This document shows, one piece after another, positions 1 through 10,208 of a stretch of DNA of 64,000 bases. A program made the translations under genes and the position numbers. This stretch comes from Terrimesophilobacter sp. (GTDB lineage: Bacteria; Actinomycetota; Actinomycetes; Actinomycetales; Microbacteriaceae), in contig JBDTBD010000003.1 in assembly GCA_039924285.1 (NCBI GenBank), positions 17,179 through 81,178 on the forward strand, given 5' to 3'. The notes below the pieces were generated by a model. The model ran no database searches. It was not told where the DNA came from and saw only the letters and a list, made by a program, of their open reading frames with translations. Every line of letters starts with the position of its first letter. The stretch's first letter is position 1.

Positions 1-1
1 G

Positions 2-40
2 GCCGGACGGCGCGCCGGCCGAGGCCGTGGTGCAGCATGA
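2..40 (+). CDS. 3' end of upstream gene (partial, ...AGRRAGRGRGAA*)
   Basis: Open frame ending in TGA 38-40, overlapping the next ATG at 37 (ATGA coupling as in the rest of the operon). Confidence 0.4.
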   Translation, partial: AGRRAGRGRGAA

Positions 41-675
41 CGGACTTGCTCTTGGTCGGCACCAGCGGCCTCGCTCGTGAGGCGCTGGCGGTCGTGCGTG
101 CCACCAACCAGTATGAGGTCGTCGGCTTTCTGGATGATGACCCGTCCACCTGGAACCACCAGCGCGACGGCGGCATCGTGCTGGGCGGAATAGAGGAGGT
201 ACAGCGATTCCCCACGGCCAAGCTGCTCTTGTGCACAGGCAAGGGCACCACTCGAGCTGCAATCGCCAAGAGACTAACCCTGCTGGGTCGAAGCGATGAC
301 GACTACGCGACCGTCGTCCACCCGAGCGTGGACATTGCACCTACCTGCCGGGTCGGCGCCGGCAGCATCGTGCTCGCTGGGTCGGTTCTCACGACCAACA
401 TCGAGATCGGCAAGCACGTTGTCATCATGCCCAATACCTCCATCACCCACGATGACCTCATCGAGTCGTTCGTCACGCTCTGCGCAGGAGTCTCGCTCGG
501 CGGGAACGTGTGGATCGGTGAAGGCGCATATCTCGGCATGAACTCAAGCGTGCGGCAGGGCGTGCGGATCGGTAAGAACTCGGTGCTCGGCATGGGCGCA
601 GCGCTGATCGCCGACCTGCCGGGTGATGAGACTTGGGTCGGCGTGCCTGCAAGACGGCTGGAGTCCAGATCATGA
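37..675 (+). CDS. NeuD/PglD/PerB-family sugar N/O-acetyltransferase (left-handed beta-helix)
   Basis: N-terminal LLLVGTSGLARE..VVGFLDDD Rossmann-like part, hexapeptide repeats, THDD, C-terminal WVGVPAR. Confidence 0.9.
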   Translation: MTDLLLVGTSGLAREALAVVRATNQYEVVGFLDDDPSTWNHQRDGGIVLGGIEEVQRFPTAKLLLCTGKGTTRAAIAKRLTLLGRSDDDYATVVHPSVDIAPTCRVGAGSIVLAGSVLTTNIEIGKHVVIMPNTSITHDDLIESFVTLCAGVSLGGNVWIGEGAYLGMNSSVRQGVRIGKNSVLGMGAALIADLPGDETWVGVPARRLESRS

Positions 676-1823
676 GTGTGCCGTTTGTCGACCTGGCCGC
701 ACAGCAGGCGGAGGTTGCCGCAGAGGTCCTGCCGCAGTGGCAGCACCTGTTTCGCTCCGCCCGTTTTGTAGGCGGTGAGCCTGTCGAGTCGTTCGAGCGT
801 GACTTCGCCTCCTTTACGGGAGTGCGACACTGTGTCGGCGTTGCAAACGGCACCGATGCCATCGAATTGGCACTGCGGGCGGTCGGCGTGGAACCCGGCG
901 GACAGGTCATCCTGCCGGTGAACACGTTCATCGCGACAGCGGAGGCAGTATCGCGCATCGGCGCGGTACCGGTGTTCGTCGATGTCGACCCCGAGTATCT
1001 GCTCATCGACCCGGACGCCGTCGCCGCAGCCATAACGCCCCGCACCCAGGCGATTGTCCCCGTGCACCTGTACGGGCAGGTGGCGCCCGTCGAGCAATTG
1101 CTACCGCTGGTCAAGGGTCGCGGCATCCCTATCGTCGAAGACAACGCCCAGGCGCAAGGTGCCTCTGTCGTTGCCAAGGACGCTGTCGCTTCGAAGCACA
1201 CTGGATCTCTCGGCACGATTTCTGCAACCAGCTTCTACCCTGGAAAGAACCTCGGTGCTGCCGGCGACGCCGGCGCGGTGACCACGAACGATTCCGACCT
1301 CGCACACACTGTTCGCGAACTTGGAGCACACGGCAGCTCTGTGAAGTACGTCCACACTCGGATCGGCATGAATTCGCGCTTGGATGCTCTGCAAGCAGTG
1401 GTGCTTTCGGCCAAGCTGAAGCGGCTCGACGGGTGGAACGCGCTACGGCGCAGTGCCGCCGCACGGTACCAGGAGCTCTTCGCTGACGTCGAAGAAGTAC
1501 AAACGCCGATGTCCCGGCCTGGATCACTCGACGTCTTCCACCTCTTCGTCATACAAGTTGACGAGCGCGACCGAGTGCTCAATGACCTTGACGCCGCGGG
1601 GATCGGCGCAGCAATTCACTATCCGACGCCGCTGCATCTCACTGCCGCTTACGAGAATCTCGGCTACCGGGCTGGCCAGTTTCCGATCGCGGAAACGGCG
1701 GCTAGGCGGATCCTGTCGCTGCCGATGTTCCCACATCTCACGGCTGACCAGCAGGCAACGGTTGCCGCCGAACTCACCGCGGCCACCACCACCGCCATGG
1801 CTGCGGGGAGAACAAGGCGATGA
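672..1823 (+). CDS. DegT/DnrJ/EryC1/StrS family PLP-dependent sugar aminotransferase
   Basis: VPFVDL, VANGTDA, PVHLYGQ, EDNAQAQG, SFYPGKNLG (PLP Lys), NSRLD, LSLPMFP; ATG 672 overlaps the upstream stop. Confidence 0.95.
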   Translation: MSVPFVDLAAQQAEVAAEVLPQWQHLFRSARFVGGEPVESFERDFASFTGVRHCVGVANGTDAIELALRAVGVEPGGQVILPVNTFIATAEAVSRIGAVPVFVDVDPEYLLIDPDAVAAAITPRTQAIVPVHLYGQVAPVEQLLPLVKGRGIPIVEDNAQAQGASVVAKDAVASKHTGSLGTISATSFYPGKNLGAAGDAGAVTTNDSDLAHTVRELGAHGSSVKYVHTRIGMNSRLDALQAVVLSAKLKRLDGWNALRRSAAARYQELFADVEEVQTPMSRPGSLDVFHLFVIQVDERDRVLNDLDAAGIGAAIHYPTPLHLTAAYENLGYRAGQFPIAETAARRILSLPMFPHLTADQQATVAAELTAATTTAMAAGRTRR

Positions 1824-3052
1824 AGGGGGAATCCTCGCTCAAGGTACTGGTGCATCTGAACGCCCTCGAGCTGGGCGGAACACAAATCAATGCGGTCGAC
1901 CTCGCCGCGCAGATGCGCAGCCACGGTGTCGAGTCCGTCCTGCTGGGCGCACGTAACACCATCCCGGATGGCCCGTCTCTCCTTGAAATCGCTGCGGCTC
2001 GCGATATGGAAATCTGTCTGTACGATCCTGCGCCGGCCATCTTTTCCCGCGCGCGTCAAGTCACCGCCTTCGCCCACCGACACCACGCCGATCTCGTGCA
2101 CGTCTACGGATCGTGGGGAGGTGGTGCCCGACCCACGTACTGGGGACCATCCCGGTTTGCAAAAACGCCGTGGGTGCAAACGGTGTACGAGATGAGCGTG
2201 TCGCCCAAGATCTACAGGCATATGCCGATGATCGTCGGAACGGGCTACCAGCGGGACGAACAACACGATCGCCCCGGGCGCACCATCCTCATCAGCCCGC
2301 CCGTCGATCTGGTTGAGAACCACCCGGACGCGGTCGACCAGAAGCAGTTCCGCAGTGCGAACCACATCGGCGATGGGCCGCTCGTGGTCATCGTCAGTCG
2401 ACTTGATGCAAGCATGAAGTCTGTCCCTATCCGCGCCGCTATCGACGCGATGCGCCTACTTGCACCCACCGGCGCAACTCTCGCGATTGTCGGCGCCGGC
2501 GACGATGTCGTCGCGATTCAGGGCCGAGCGGATGCCGTCAACAACGCTCTGGGCAGAAACGCCGTGCGACTGATCGGACCGATGGCCGACCCGCGACCCG
2601 CCTATGCCGCATCCGACGTCATGCTCGGAATGGGAGGTTCCGCCGCGCGGGCGCTGGCATTCGCAAAGCCACTCGTCGTACAAGGCGAAGCCGGATGGTC
2701 GATGCTGTTCGAACCAACTTCTGCTGAGACTCTCGCGCGATCCAGCTACTGGAGCCCCGAGGCAGTGGCCGACCCTGCACCGCGGCTTGCGGCGATGGTC
2801 GCGCCTCTTCTGCGAGACCGCGAACGGCGCGCCGAACTCGGGTGTTTCGGCCGGACTTTCGCCGAGGAGCATTTCGCCCTCACATCGATGGCTGACCGCC
2901 TTGTCGACTTTTACCGCACCGTTCAAGGCGAATACACCGGCTGGGACTGGTTAGCCGATCTCCCACTCGAAGGACGAGCACTCGCCGCGAAGATCGGCCG
3001 CGTCGCTCGCCAGACACTGCGCCTCGCGCCCACCTCGAAAGAGGTTACGTGA
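1820..3052 (+). CDS. Glycosyltransferase, GT-B/GT4-like
   Basis: LVHLNALELGGTQ, VIVSRLD, LAIVGAG, AYAASDV; coupled within the sugar operon. Confidence 0.8.
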   Translation: MKGESSLKVLVHLNALELGGTQINAVDLAAQMRSHGVESVLLGARNTIPDGPSLLEIAAARDMEICLYDPAPAIFSRARQVTAFAHRHHADLVHVYGSWGGGARPTYWGPSRFAKTPWVQTVYEMSVSPKIYRHMPMIVGTGYQRDEQHDRPGRTILISPPVDLVENHPDAVDQKQFRSANHIGDGPLVVIVSRLDASMKSVPIRAAIDAMRLLAPTGATLAIVGAGDDVVAIQGRADAVNNALGRNAVRLIGPMADPRPAYAASDVMLGMGGSAARALAFAKPLVVQGEAGWSMLFEPTSAETLARSSYWSPEAVADPAPRLAAMVAPLLRDRERRAELGCFGRTFAEEHFALTSMADRLVDFYRTVQGEYTGWDWLADLPLEGRALAAKIGRVARQTLRLAPTSKEVT

Positions 3053-4638
3053 TGGATGACCAGCCGGCGCGGGACACTCCCCGTGAACCCGTGACCGACG
3101 TCTCCGAAATCCAGGTCGCACAAGACATCGAGTCATCGAGTGAGCCAGCGTCACAGCCCGGCGTCGGAAACAGCGCCGCCGCGGGAGTTGTCTGGTTGAC
3201 GATTCAAAAATGGGCGATCCGAATATTCAGCTTCGCGACGATCGCGGTTCTTACTCGACTGCTCACACCCGCAGACTTCGGCACCGTAGCGGCAGCCTCA
3301 ACAGTGCTGCCGTTCTTCTTTTTACTCGCCGATCTCGGATTCGCAGCGTACATAGTTCAGGTCGATAGAACCGACCGGCGGATGCTGAGCACCGCGTTCT
3401 GGTTCTCGATGACGGCAGGGTTGCTGCTGTGCGGATGCTTGTTCCTCATTTCGCCACTGCTCGGCGTGATCTTCGCGGCATCCGGCGTCGTGCCCGTCTT
3501 GCAAGTATTGTCGCTCTGGGTCGTCGTCACCGCTATCGGCTCCGTCCCGATCGCCCTGTTGCGCCGCGACATGCGGTTCCGGGCGATCGCGGCACAGGGA
3601 GCGGCGGCGGCCATTGTCGCTCAAATCGTCGCAATCATCATGGCTTTCTCCGGCTTCGGTGTCTGGGCCCTCGTCGCACAGTCGCTCGTTGCCGCCGTCG
3701 TCGCAACCGCGCTGGCATGGTGGACCGTCAAGTGGCATCCAAGGGGGGAGTTTTCGAGAGTGGACTTCGTCCGGATGGCGCGCTTCGGCGGACAAGTACT
3801 GGGCGTTGAGTTCGTCGCAATGCTCCGCGCGTGGGGTGAGGCCGCCGTTATCTCGACAACCCTCGGCCTTACCGCACTCGGATACATGAGCATCGCGCAA
3901 CGCCTCGTACAAATCGTGCAAGACCTGACGGGAAGTGCGATCGTTCCCGTCACCAATGTCGCCTTCGCGAAGATCCGTGACTCTGCTTCGAGGTTGCGCG
4001 ATGCCTACCTGCGTGCGCTCAAAGTCACCTACGCCGCGCTGGCGCTGCCACTGACCGCCGTGGCCGTCGCCGCGCCCCTCATGATCCCTATCCTCTTCGG
4101 TCGCGGATGGGAGCAGAGCCACCAGATTGCCCAGGTCCTCGCGCTCGCCGGCACGCTATCGGTGGGCGCGTGGCTTGACCACGGCTTGTTCTATGGATTG
4201 GGCAGACCCGGCGCGTGGTTTGTCTATGCGCTGGTCATCGACATCCTGACTTTCGCCACCACGGTGTTCACCGTGCGCTGGGGACTCGTTGGCGTCGCTA
4301 TCGGCTTTCTTTGCGTCGCAACGCTCGCGACAATCGTCCGCTGGTTCCTAGTTGCTCGCGCCCTCCAAACAACCTCGCGGGTGGTCGCGGGACCGTTCGT
4401 CTACCTGATCACCGTCGTCGGATGCATGGGGGCAGTTGGTTGGGGCGTCAATCTCTGGACAGCGGCGCTTTCCCCCTGGCTTGCCCTCGTTCTGATCGGG
4501 CTCGTGATGCTCGTGGCGCACGCCGTAATCACCTTTCTCATGGCCCGGCCTGCCATCCACGAAGCGCTGAAAATCGTGAGCCGGTTCGGCATCAGCTCCC
4601 GCCTTCCGTTTCTCGCGCGGATGCGAGAGCAGTCGTGA
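3049..4638 (+). CDS. wzx: Wzx-type oligosaccharide flippase (WzxC/TuaB-like)
   Basis: About 12-14 hydrophobic segments, LTRLLTPADFG, DLGF, ALLRRDMRFR, GFGVWALV. Confidence 0.88.
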   Translation: MMDDQPARDTPREPVTDVSEIQVAQDIESSSEPASQPGVGNSAAAGVVWLTIQKWAIRIFSFATIAVLTRLLTPADFGTVAAASTVLPFFFLLADLGFAAYIVQVDRTDRRMLSTAFWFSMTAGLLLCGCLFLISPLLGVIFAASGVVPVLQVLSLWVVVTAIGSVPIALLRRDMRFRAIAAQGAAAAIVAQIVAIIMAFSGFGVWALVAQSLVAAVVATALAWWTVKWHPRGEFSRVDFVRMARFGGQVLGVEFVAMLRAWGEAAVISTTLGLTALGYMSIAQRLVQIVQDLTGSAIVPVTNVAFAKIRDSASRLRDAYLRALKVTYAALALPLTAVAVAAPLMIPILFGRGWEQSHQIAQVLALAGTLSVGAWLDHGLFYGLGRPGAWFVYALVIDILTFATTVFTVRWGLVGVAIGFLCVATLATIVRWFLVARALQTTSRVVAGPFVYLITVVGCMGAVGWGVNLWTAALSPWLALVLIGLVMLVAHAVITFLMARPAIHEALKIVSRFGISSRLPFLARMREQS

Positions 4639-6080
4639 CCGTCATGCAGGGGCTCGCCACTCGAGTGGGCGGACAGGTGAGTGCGCTGATTCTCGGCGCC
4701 ATCACCGGGGCAACCGGAATTCTGCCGCCACGTATTCGGTACGGGTACGTTCACCGAATCACCGGAGCGGTCCTGCGCAAGTCACTCCCGAAATTGCGAG
4801 CCCTCGGTGCCGCCACGGTATCGCAGCCCGCCGCTCAGGTCACGCAGACCGGCGAGCTCACGTGTGTCCTCGGGGTGGGCACGATGGACATCGGTGGTAT
4901 CGGCTCAGTCGTCGAGCTGCTGGCCACCTCGCTGCCGACGAGAGGGATCACGCCGGCGGTTGTTTGCGTTGGCGGCGGATCGCGTGCACAACGCATCCGT
5001 GATCTGGGTATTGAGGTGCGCTCCGTCTCCGACCACGCCTCGGCTCTGCGCGCGTTCACGGAGCTTTCCCCCGATGTCATCCAGCTCCACGGCGCACCGG
5101 CCTTTCTTGAAGCCGCTGCCGAAGAAAGTGGGGCACCTCTCGTGCCCGTGCTGCACAACACCGAGATCCACTACTCGCGCGCCCGTTGGCACAGACTCAC
5201 GCAAGTTTTCGGTCGGTCCTCCTCTGCGGTCGCCGTCAGCGAACTCGTGCGCACCTTCCACGCAGCTCACCTTCCGGCCATTCTTCACTCCCGAATCGCA
5301 GTGATCCCCAACGCCGCCCCGGGACTGCGTGCGCCCGCCCCGGAGCAGCGCAGTGTCGCTCGAAACCTGCTCGAGCAAACCGTCGGTGCCCACTTCCACG
5401 ACGATGTGGTCTTCGTATGCCTTGCACGGTACGACGCGCAGAAGAACATCGCAGGGACGGTGGCGTCGTTTCTCACCTGCGTCGCCACAGGCGTACCGGC
5501 GCGGCTTGTGATCGCAGGCGAACCATCTGACTGGGTCGAGTTCCGGCGATCCGACGCGATCCGACGTGGCAGCCGCGCTGCCGATCGGGTACACCTGCTC
5601 GCCACCTCGGACTCCCAGACGCTACTCGCCGCCGCCGATGCCTTCCTGCTCGACTCGTTTTTCGAGGGATGGCCAGTCGCCGCGACGGAAGCGTGGACCG
5701 CCGGGTTGCCGCTCATCCTGAGCGACGTCGGCGGGGCCCGAGAGCTCGTCGCGCGCGATCCCGCCCGTTCGGTGCTCATTGGCAACGGGTCGGGCGACGC
5801 AAGCGTGGTGAGCGACGCCCGCGTTGAACGCGCACGGCGGCGAGCGCGGCACCAACGGAACTCGTCTGAGCTCGGGGACGCCGTCCGGCGCGTCGTAGAA
5901 ACGGTGCGTCGCGAGCGCGTTGTGCCACTGGCGCAGCGTGAAACCTCCGACGGTGTCGCCGAAATGATCGACGCACACGCGCGCCTGCTGCGGGATGCGG
6001 CACGCAACAACCCCTCCGGGGTTCCGGCCCGATCGGGCTGGCTCCCGGAGGATGAATCAAAAGGGGTGGTCACGAAATGA
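4635..6080 (+). CDS. Glycosyltransferase family 4
   Basis: MDIGGIG, IPNA, CLARYDAQKN, DSFFEGWPVAATEA, SDVGG; start set at GTG 4635 overlapping the flippase stop. Confidence 0.88.
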   Translation: MTVMQGLATRVGGQVSALILGAITGATGILPPRIRYGYVHRITGAVLRKSLPKLRALGAATVSQPAAQVTQTGELTCVLGVGTMDIGGIGSVVELLATSLPTRGITPAVVCVGGGSRAQRIRDLGIEVRSVSDHASALRAFTELSPDVIQLHGAPAFLEAAAEESGAPLVPVLHNTEIHYSRARWHRLTQVFGRSSSAVAVSELVRTFHAAHLPAILHSRIAVIPNAAPGLRAPAPEQRSVARNLLEQTVGAHFHDDVVFVCLARYDAQKNIAGTVASFLTCVATGVPARLVIAGEPSDWVEFRRSDAIRRGSRAADRVHLLATSDSQTLLAAADAFLLDSFFEGWPVAATEAWTAGLPLILSDVGGARELVARDPARSVLIGNGSGDASVVSDARVERARRRARHQRNSSELGDAVRRVVETVRRERVVPLAQRETSDGVAEMIDAHARLLRDAARNNPSGVPARSGWLPEDESKGVVTK

Positions 6081-7288
6081 GCCGAGGCACGCAGCTACTC
6101 TGGAAGACGCGCCGAGCATTGGACGTCGGCCCGTTCGGGATCGCGCAACGGATCGCACAACGCGCCTACCGCAAGACGGGAGCGGCAGACCTGCAGTTCA
6201 ATCTCGATCTGGAGGATCTCCTCGTCGACATCCCCGACGAACTCCCCGTGCCCTCGACGCCCCCCGAGCCGGGCCGACCACTCCGGGTCGGATGGGTGAC
6301 CACACCACCGGCGGCAGGATCGGGTGGACACACCACGCTCTTTCGGATCGTCGAGGCACTCGAAGCAGCGGGACACCGTTGCGTGCTGTTCCTCTACGAC
6401 AAGCACGGTCTCGACGTCGCGCGCTTGACATCGGTCATCCGAGAGCACTGGCCGAGCATGCGTGCCGAAGTCCGGGACGCGCGTGCAGGGGTCGCGGATG
6501 TCGATGCGATCGTCGCGACATCCTGGGAGTCCGCGCACGTAATCGTCAAGTATGCGCGCTCGCCGATGCGTCGGCTCTACTTCATTCAAGACTACGAACC
6601 GTTCTTCTACGGGCACGGCGCCGAGTACACGTTCGCCGCGATGACCTACCAACTCCCGTTCCGGCGCATCGCGCTGGGTGAGATGCTCGGTGGGATGATC
6701 CTCGAGCAGACCGGGCTCGCCAGTGACGTGGTGCCGTTTGGCTGCGACTCGGCCGTATACCATCTGCCCGCCGCGGGGATTGCGCGCAGCGGAATCGTGT
6801 TCTATTGCCGGCCGGACTTCCCGCGACGCGGCTATCAGCTCGCCTGCATCGCGCTCATGGTGTTCCACCGTCGTCATCCCGATCAAGAGATCCACGTGTA
6901 TGGCGCGCCGCCGCGAGGACTCAGAATCCCCGTCACCTTCCACGGTCGAATGACGACGTCAGCGTTGAACGACCTGTACGGGCGGACGATAGCAGGACTC
7001 GCGATGTCGTTCACGAACATCACGCTCGTCGCGGAGGAAATGCTCGCCGCGGGCAATATCCCGATCGTCAACGACCTGCCGCTCGCCCGGCAGGTGCTGC
7101 CCAACCCCCACGTGCGCTGGGCAGAGCCGACCGCTGCCGCCCTCGCAGAAGCGCTCAGCGCCGCCGTGACCACCGACAACCTCGCCGGGCGCGCCGCGGC
7201 TGCTGCGGCATCCGTCGTAGGACGGTCATGGAAGCCGACCCAGGATGCCGTCGTCCGCATCATCGTCGAGGAGGTGATGGGCGCATGA
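6077..7288 (+). CDS. Glycosyltransferase, WsaF-like (GT4, possibly rhamnosyltransferase)
   Basis: GSGGHTT, IVATSWES, YFIQDYEPFFY, FYCRP..PRRG motifs. Confidence 0.8.
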   Translation: MSRGTQLLWKTRRALDVGPFGIAQRIAQRAYRKTGAADLQFNLDLEDLLVDIPDELPVPSTPPEPGRPLRVGWVTTPPAAGSGGHTTLFRIVEALEAAGHRCVLFLYDKHGLDVARLTSVIREHWPSMRAEVRDARAGVADVDAIVATSWESAHVIVKYARSPMRRLYFIQDYEPFFYGHGAEYTFAAMTYQLPFRRIALGEMLGGMILEQTGLASDVVPFGCDSAVYHLPAAGIARSGIVFYCRPDFPRRGYQLACIALMVFHRRHPDQEIHVYGAPPRGLRIPVTFHGRMTTSALNDLYGRTIAGLAMSFTNITLVAEEMLAAGNIPIVNDLPLARQVLPNPHVRWAEPTAAALAEALSAAVTTDNLAGRAAAAAASVVGRSWKPTQDAVVRIIVEEVMGA

Positions 7289-8643
7289 ACGAACCAACCA
7301 ACGCTCAGCCGCCGCACGTCGTGATCATCGTGCAGAACCTGCCGGTTCCACTGGATCGGCGGGTGTGGCTGGAGTGTCAGGCGCTGGTCACTCGGGGGTA
7401 TCGCGTCAGCGTAATCTGCCCGAAAGGGCCAGGCGACCCCGCCCGCCAGCACCTCGACGGGGTGGACATCTACAAGTATCGGCCCGCGCCCGAGGCAAAG
7501 GGGCTACCCGGCTTCGTATGGGAGTTCGCCTACAGCTGGGTTCGCACAGCGTGGTTGTCTCTCCAGGTGCGACGAGACCGGCGGTTCGACATCGTCCAGG
7601 CGTGCAATCCCCCGGACACCTATTGGCTGCTGGCGTTGCTGTGGCGGCCATTCGGCGTCAAATTCATCTTCGACCACCACGATCTGAACCCCGAACTCTT
7701 CATCTCCCGGTTTGGTGAGCCGCGAGGTGGCGTGAAATCCCTCGAGTACCGCGGCCTGCTCTGGCTTGAGCGGCGCACGTTCCGCACCGCGCACCGGGTC
7801 ATCTCGACGAACGAGTCATACAAAGCCATCGCGGTCAGGCGCGGACGCCGCCGGCCGAACGAGGTGACCGTGGTGCGCAGTGGGCCGGATACCCTGCAAA
7901 TGCGCCCGATCTACCCCGACCGCCCTCGGGCCGCCGACGAGATCAATCTGGTCTACCTCGGGATCATGGGCCCTCAGGATGGGGTCGATCAGGTGCTGCT
8001 CGTCGTCGACGAACTCGTACACCGCCGCGGGCGCGTCACCGTGACCGCTACCCTCCTCGGCTTCGGCGACTGCCTGGAGGCGCTCAAGACACAGTCCGCT
8101 GAACTCGGGCTCGACGATCATGTGATTTTCACCGGGCGTGTAGACCGTGTGGCGATCGCGGAACACCTCAGCCGCGCCGATATCGGCCTGTGCCCGGACC
8201 TCAAGACCCCCCTCAACGATCTGTCGACGATGAACAAGACGATGGAATACATGTCGTACGGACTTCCGGCCGTGTCTTTTGACCTAACTGAAACGCGCGT
8301 GTCTGGTGGAGACACCCTGCTCTACGTTCCCTCCGGTGACATCACAGCGTTCGCCGATGCCGTCGAAACGCTGATCGACGATCGGACACTTCGAGTGGAA
8401 CTCGGTAGAAAAGCTCGCACGCGAGTGGCCACACTCTTGGACTGGCGGCCACAGGCCGAGGCTTATGTCTCGGTGTACGACGGGCTGTCCGGATTCTCGC
8501 AAGCACCACCGGCCGTGCCAGCGACCGACGCATCGCCCGATCGAGACCCCCAGGGCCGACGCTATGTCAACCTCGAGGATCCTGAGGAGTTCGACCAATA
8601 CCTCCTCGAGCGTGGCGCAGGCGCGGAGCGGAGCACACGATGA
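7285..8643 (+). CDS. Glycosyltransferase family 4
   Basis: DRRVWLEC, QACNPPD, DHHDL, YLGIMGPQDG, NKTMEYM..GLP; ATG 7285 in ATGA overlap. Confidence 0.88.
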   Translation: MNEPTNAQPPHVVIIVQNLPVPLDRRVWLECQALVTRGYRVSVICPKGPGDPARQHLDGVDIYKYRPAPEAKGLPGFVWEFAYSWVRTAWLSLQVRRDRRFDIVQACNPPDTYWLLALLWRPFGVKFIFDHHDLNPELFISRFGEPRGGVKSLEYRGLLWLERRTFRTAHRVISTNESYKAIAVRRGRRRPNEVTVVRSGPDTLQMRPIYPDRPRAADEINLVYLGIMGPQDGVDQVLLVVDELVHRRGRVTVTATLLGFGDCLEALKTQSAELGLDDHVIFTGRVDRVAIAEHLSRADIGLCPDLKTPLNDLSTMNKTMEYMSYGLPAVSFDLTETRVSGGDTLLYVPSGDITAFADAVETLIDDRTLRVELGRKARTRVATLLDWRPQAEAYVSVYDGLSGFSQAPPAVPATDASPDRDPQGRRYVNLEDPEEFDQYLLERGAGAERSTR

Positions 8644-10208
8644 TACCGATCAGGACCAATTTCCATCATCTGCTCGCCCAGGCGGCCGCCACAGCACCCG
8701 ACGCCCCCGCGCTGACGTACCGCAGCACGACGGTCAGCTATGCGGACACCTGGAGAATGTCACGCGCTGCCGCTTCCCAACTGCTCGCCATAGGGCTGAC
8801 CCGTGGCGACCGGGTGGCAATCTATCTTGAGAAGCGCATCGAGACCGTTGCGGCGATCTTCGCCATCTCCACCGCCGGTGGCGTCTTTGTGACAATCAAC
8901 CACGTTCTCAAGGCAACGCAGGTCAGCCACATTCTCGGCGACAGCGGCGCGGGAGTGCTCATTACCTCGGCCGACCGACTCGCTCAGCTCGCTCTGGTAC
9001 TGCCGAATACCCGAGTCACACGCGTGATCGTTGTCGGTGACGTGGCACCCGACCCGACAGCGTCGTGGCAGGCCTACAGTTGGAACGACGGCCAAGCGGC
9101 CGCAGGAGATCCACACCCCTCGCCCGCGATCGACATCGACCCGGCTGCGATCCTGTACACCTCGGGTAGCACCGGCAAACCCAAGGGCGTGGTGTTGACC
9201 CACCGTAACCTGCTCGTCGGCGCCGAGAGCGTGAGCAGCTACCTGAAGAACACGAGCGACGACGTCATCCTCAGCGCCCTGCCGCTCAGCTTCGACGCCG
9301 GCCTGAGCCAGGTAACGACGGCCTTCTCCGTCGGGGCACACTGCATCCTCATGAACTACCTACTGCCACGGGAAGTGCCGAAGCTCTGCGAACAGTACGG
9401 CGTCACTGGCCTGACTTGCGTGCCGCCCCTCTGGCTGCAGATAGCTGACCTGAACTGGCCCGAAGCAGCCGCCGGTCGCTTGAGGTACTGGGCGAACACG
9501 GGTGGCCGAATGCCGCGCGCCACCCTCGACCGCCTCAGGAGCATCTTCACCGAAGCCGACGCCTACCTGATGTACGGTCTCACGGAGGCGTTCCGCTCCA
9601 CATACCTGGACCCAACCGAGGTCGACCGCCACCCAGACTCGATCGGCAAGGCCATCCCTAACGCCGAGATTCTCGTGCTGCGTGCAGACGGGACGCAGTG
9701 CGCGCCCGGCGAGGAGGGGGAACTCGTGCACCGCGGCGCCCTGGTGGCACTCGGCTACTGGAACGACCCGACCCGGACCGCCGAGCGGTTTCGCCCCGTG
9801 TGCCATCCGGGACAGAATTGGCGTGCTCCCGAATCCGCGGTGTGGTCGGGGGATACGGTGGTGGCCGACGCGGAAGGTTTCCTCTACTTCGTTGGCCGCA
9901 AAGACGAGATGATCAAGACGTCCGGCTATCGGGTGAGTCCGAGCGAGATCGAGGAAGCCGCGTACAACACCGGCCTCGTCCGCGACGCCGTCGCCATCGG
10001 CGTCGAAGACCCATCCCTCGGGCAGCGGATCGTTCTCGTAGCCACACCGACCGACACCGGACTCGACGTGGACGCACTAACCGCGGCGCTGAAGCAGATT
10101 TTGCCACTCTACATGGTCCCGTCCCGCATCGAGGTCCGCGACGAACTACGCCGTTCTCCCAACGGAAAATACGATCGAAATCTGCTCACGACCGAGGTGT
10201 CCCGATGA
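8640..10208 (+). CDS. AMP-forming acyl/aminoacyl ligase (similar to the 'exosortase A system-associated' acyl-CoA ligase)
   Basis: YTSGSTGKPKG, LPLSFDAG, YGLTEAFRS, SGD, GRKDEMIKTSGYRVSP, PNGK adenylation motifs. Confidence 0.9.
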   Translation: MIPIRTNFHHLLAQAAATAPDAPALTYRSTTVSYADTWRMSRAAASQLLAIGLTRGDRVAIYLEKRIETVAAIFAISTAGGVFVTINHVLKATQVSHILGDSGAGVLITSADRLAQLALVLPNTRVTRVIVVGDVAPDPTASWQAYSWNDGQAAAGDPHPSPAIDIDPAAILYTSGSTGKPKGVVLTHRNLLVGAESVSSYLKNTSDDVILSALPLSFDAGLSQVTTAFSVGAHCILMNYLLPREVPKLCEQYGVTGLTCVPPLWLQIADLNWPEAAAGRLRYWANTGGRMPRATLDRLRSIFTEADAYLMYGLTEAFRSTYLDPTEVDRHPDSIGKAIPNAEILVLRADGTQCAPGEEGELVHRGALVALGYWNDPTRTAERFRPVCHPGQNWRAPESAVWSGDTVVADAEGFLYFVGRKDEMIKTSGYRVSPSEIEEAAYNTGLVRDAVAIGVEDPSLGQRIVLVATPTDTGLDVDALTAALKQILPLYMVPSRIEVRDELRRSPNGKYDRNLLTTEVSR

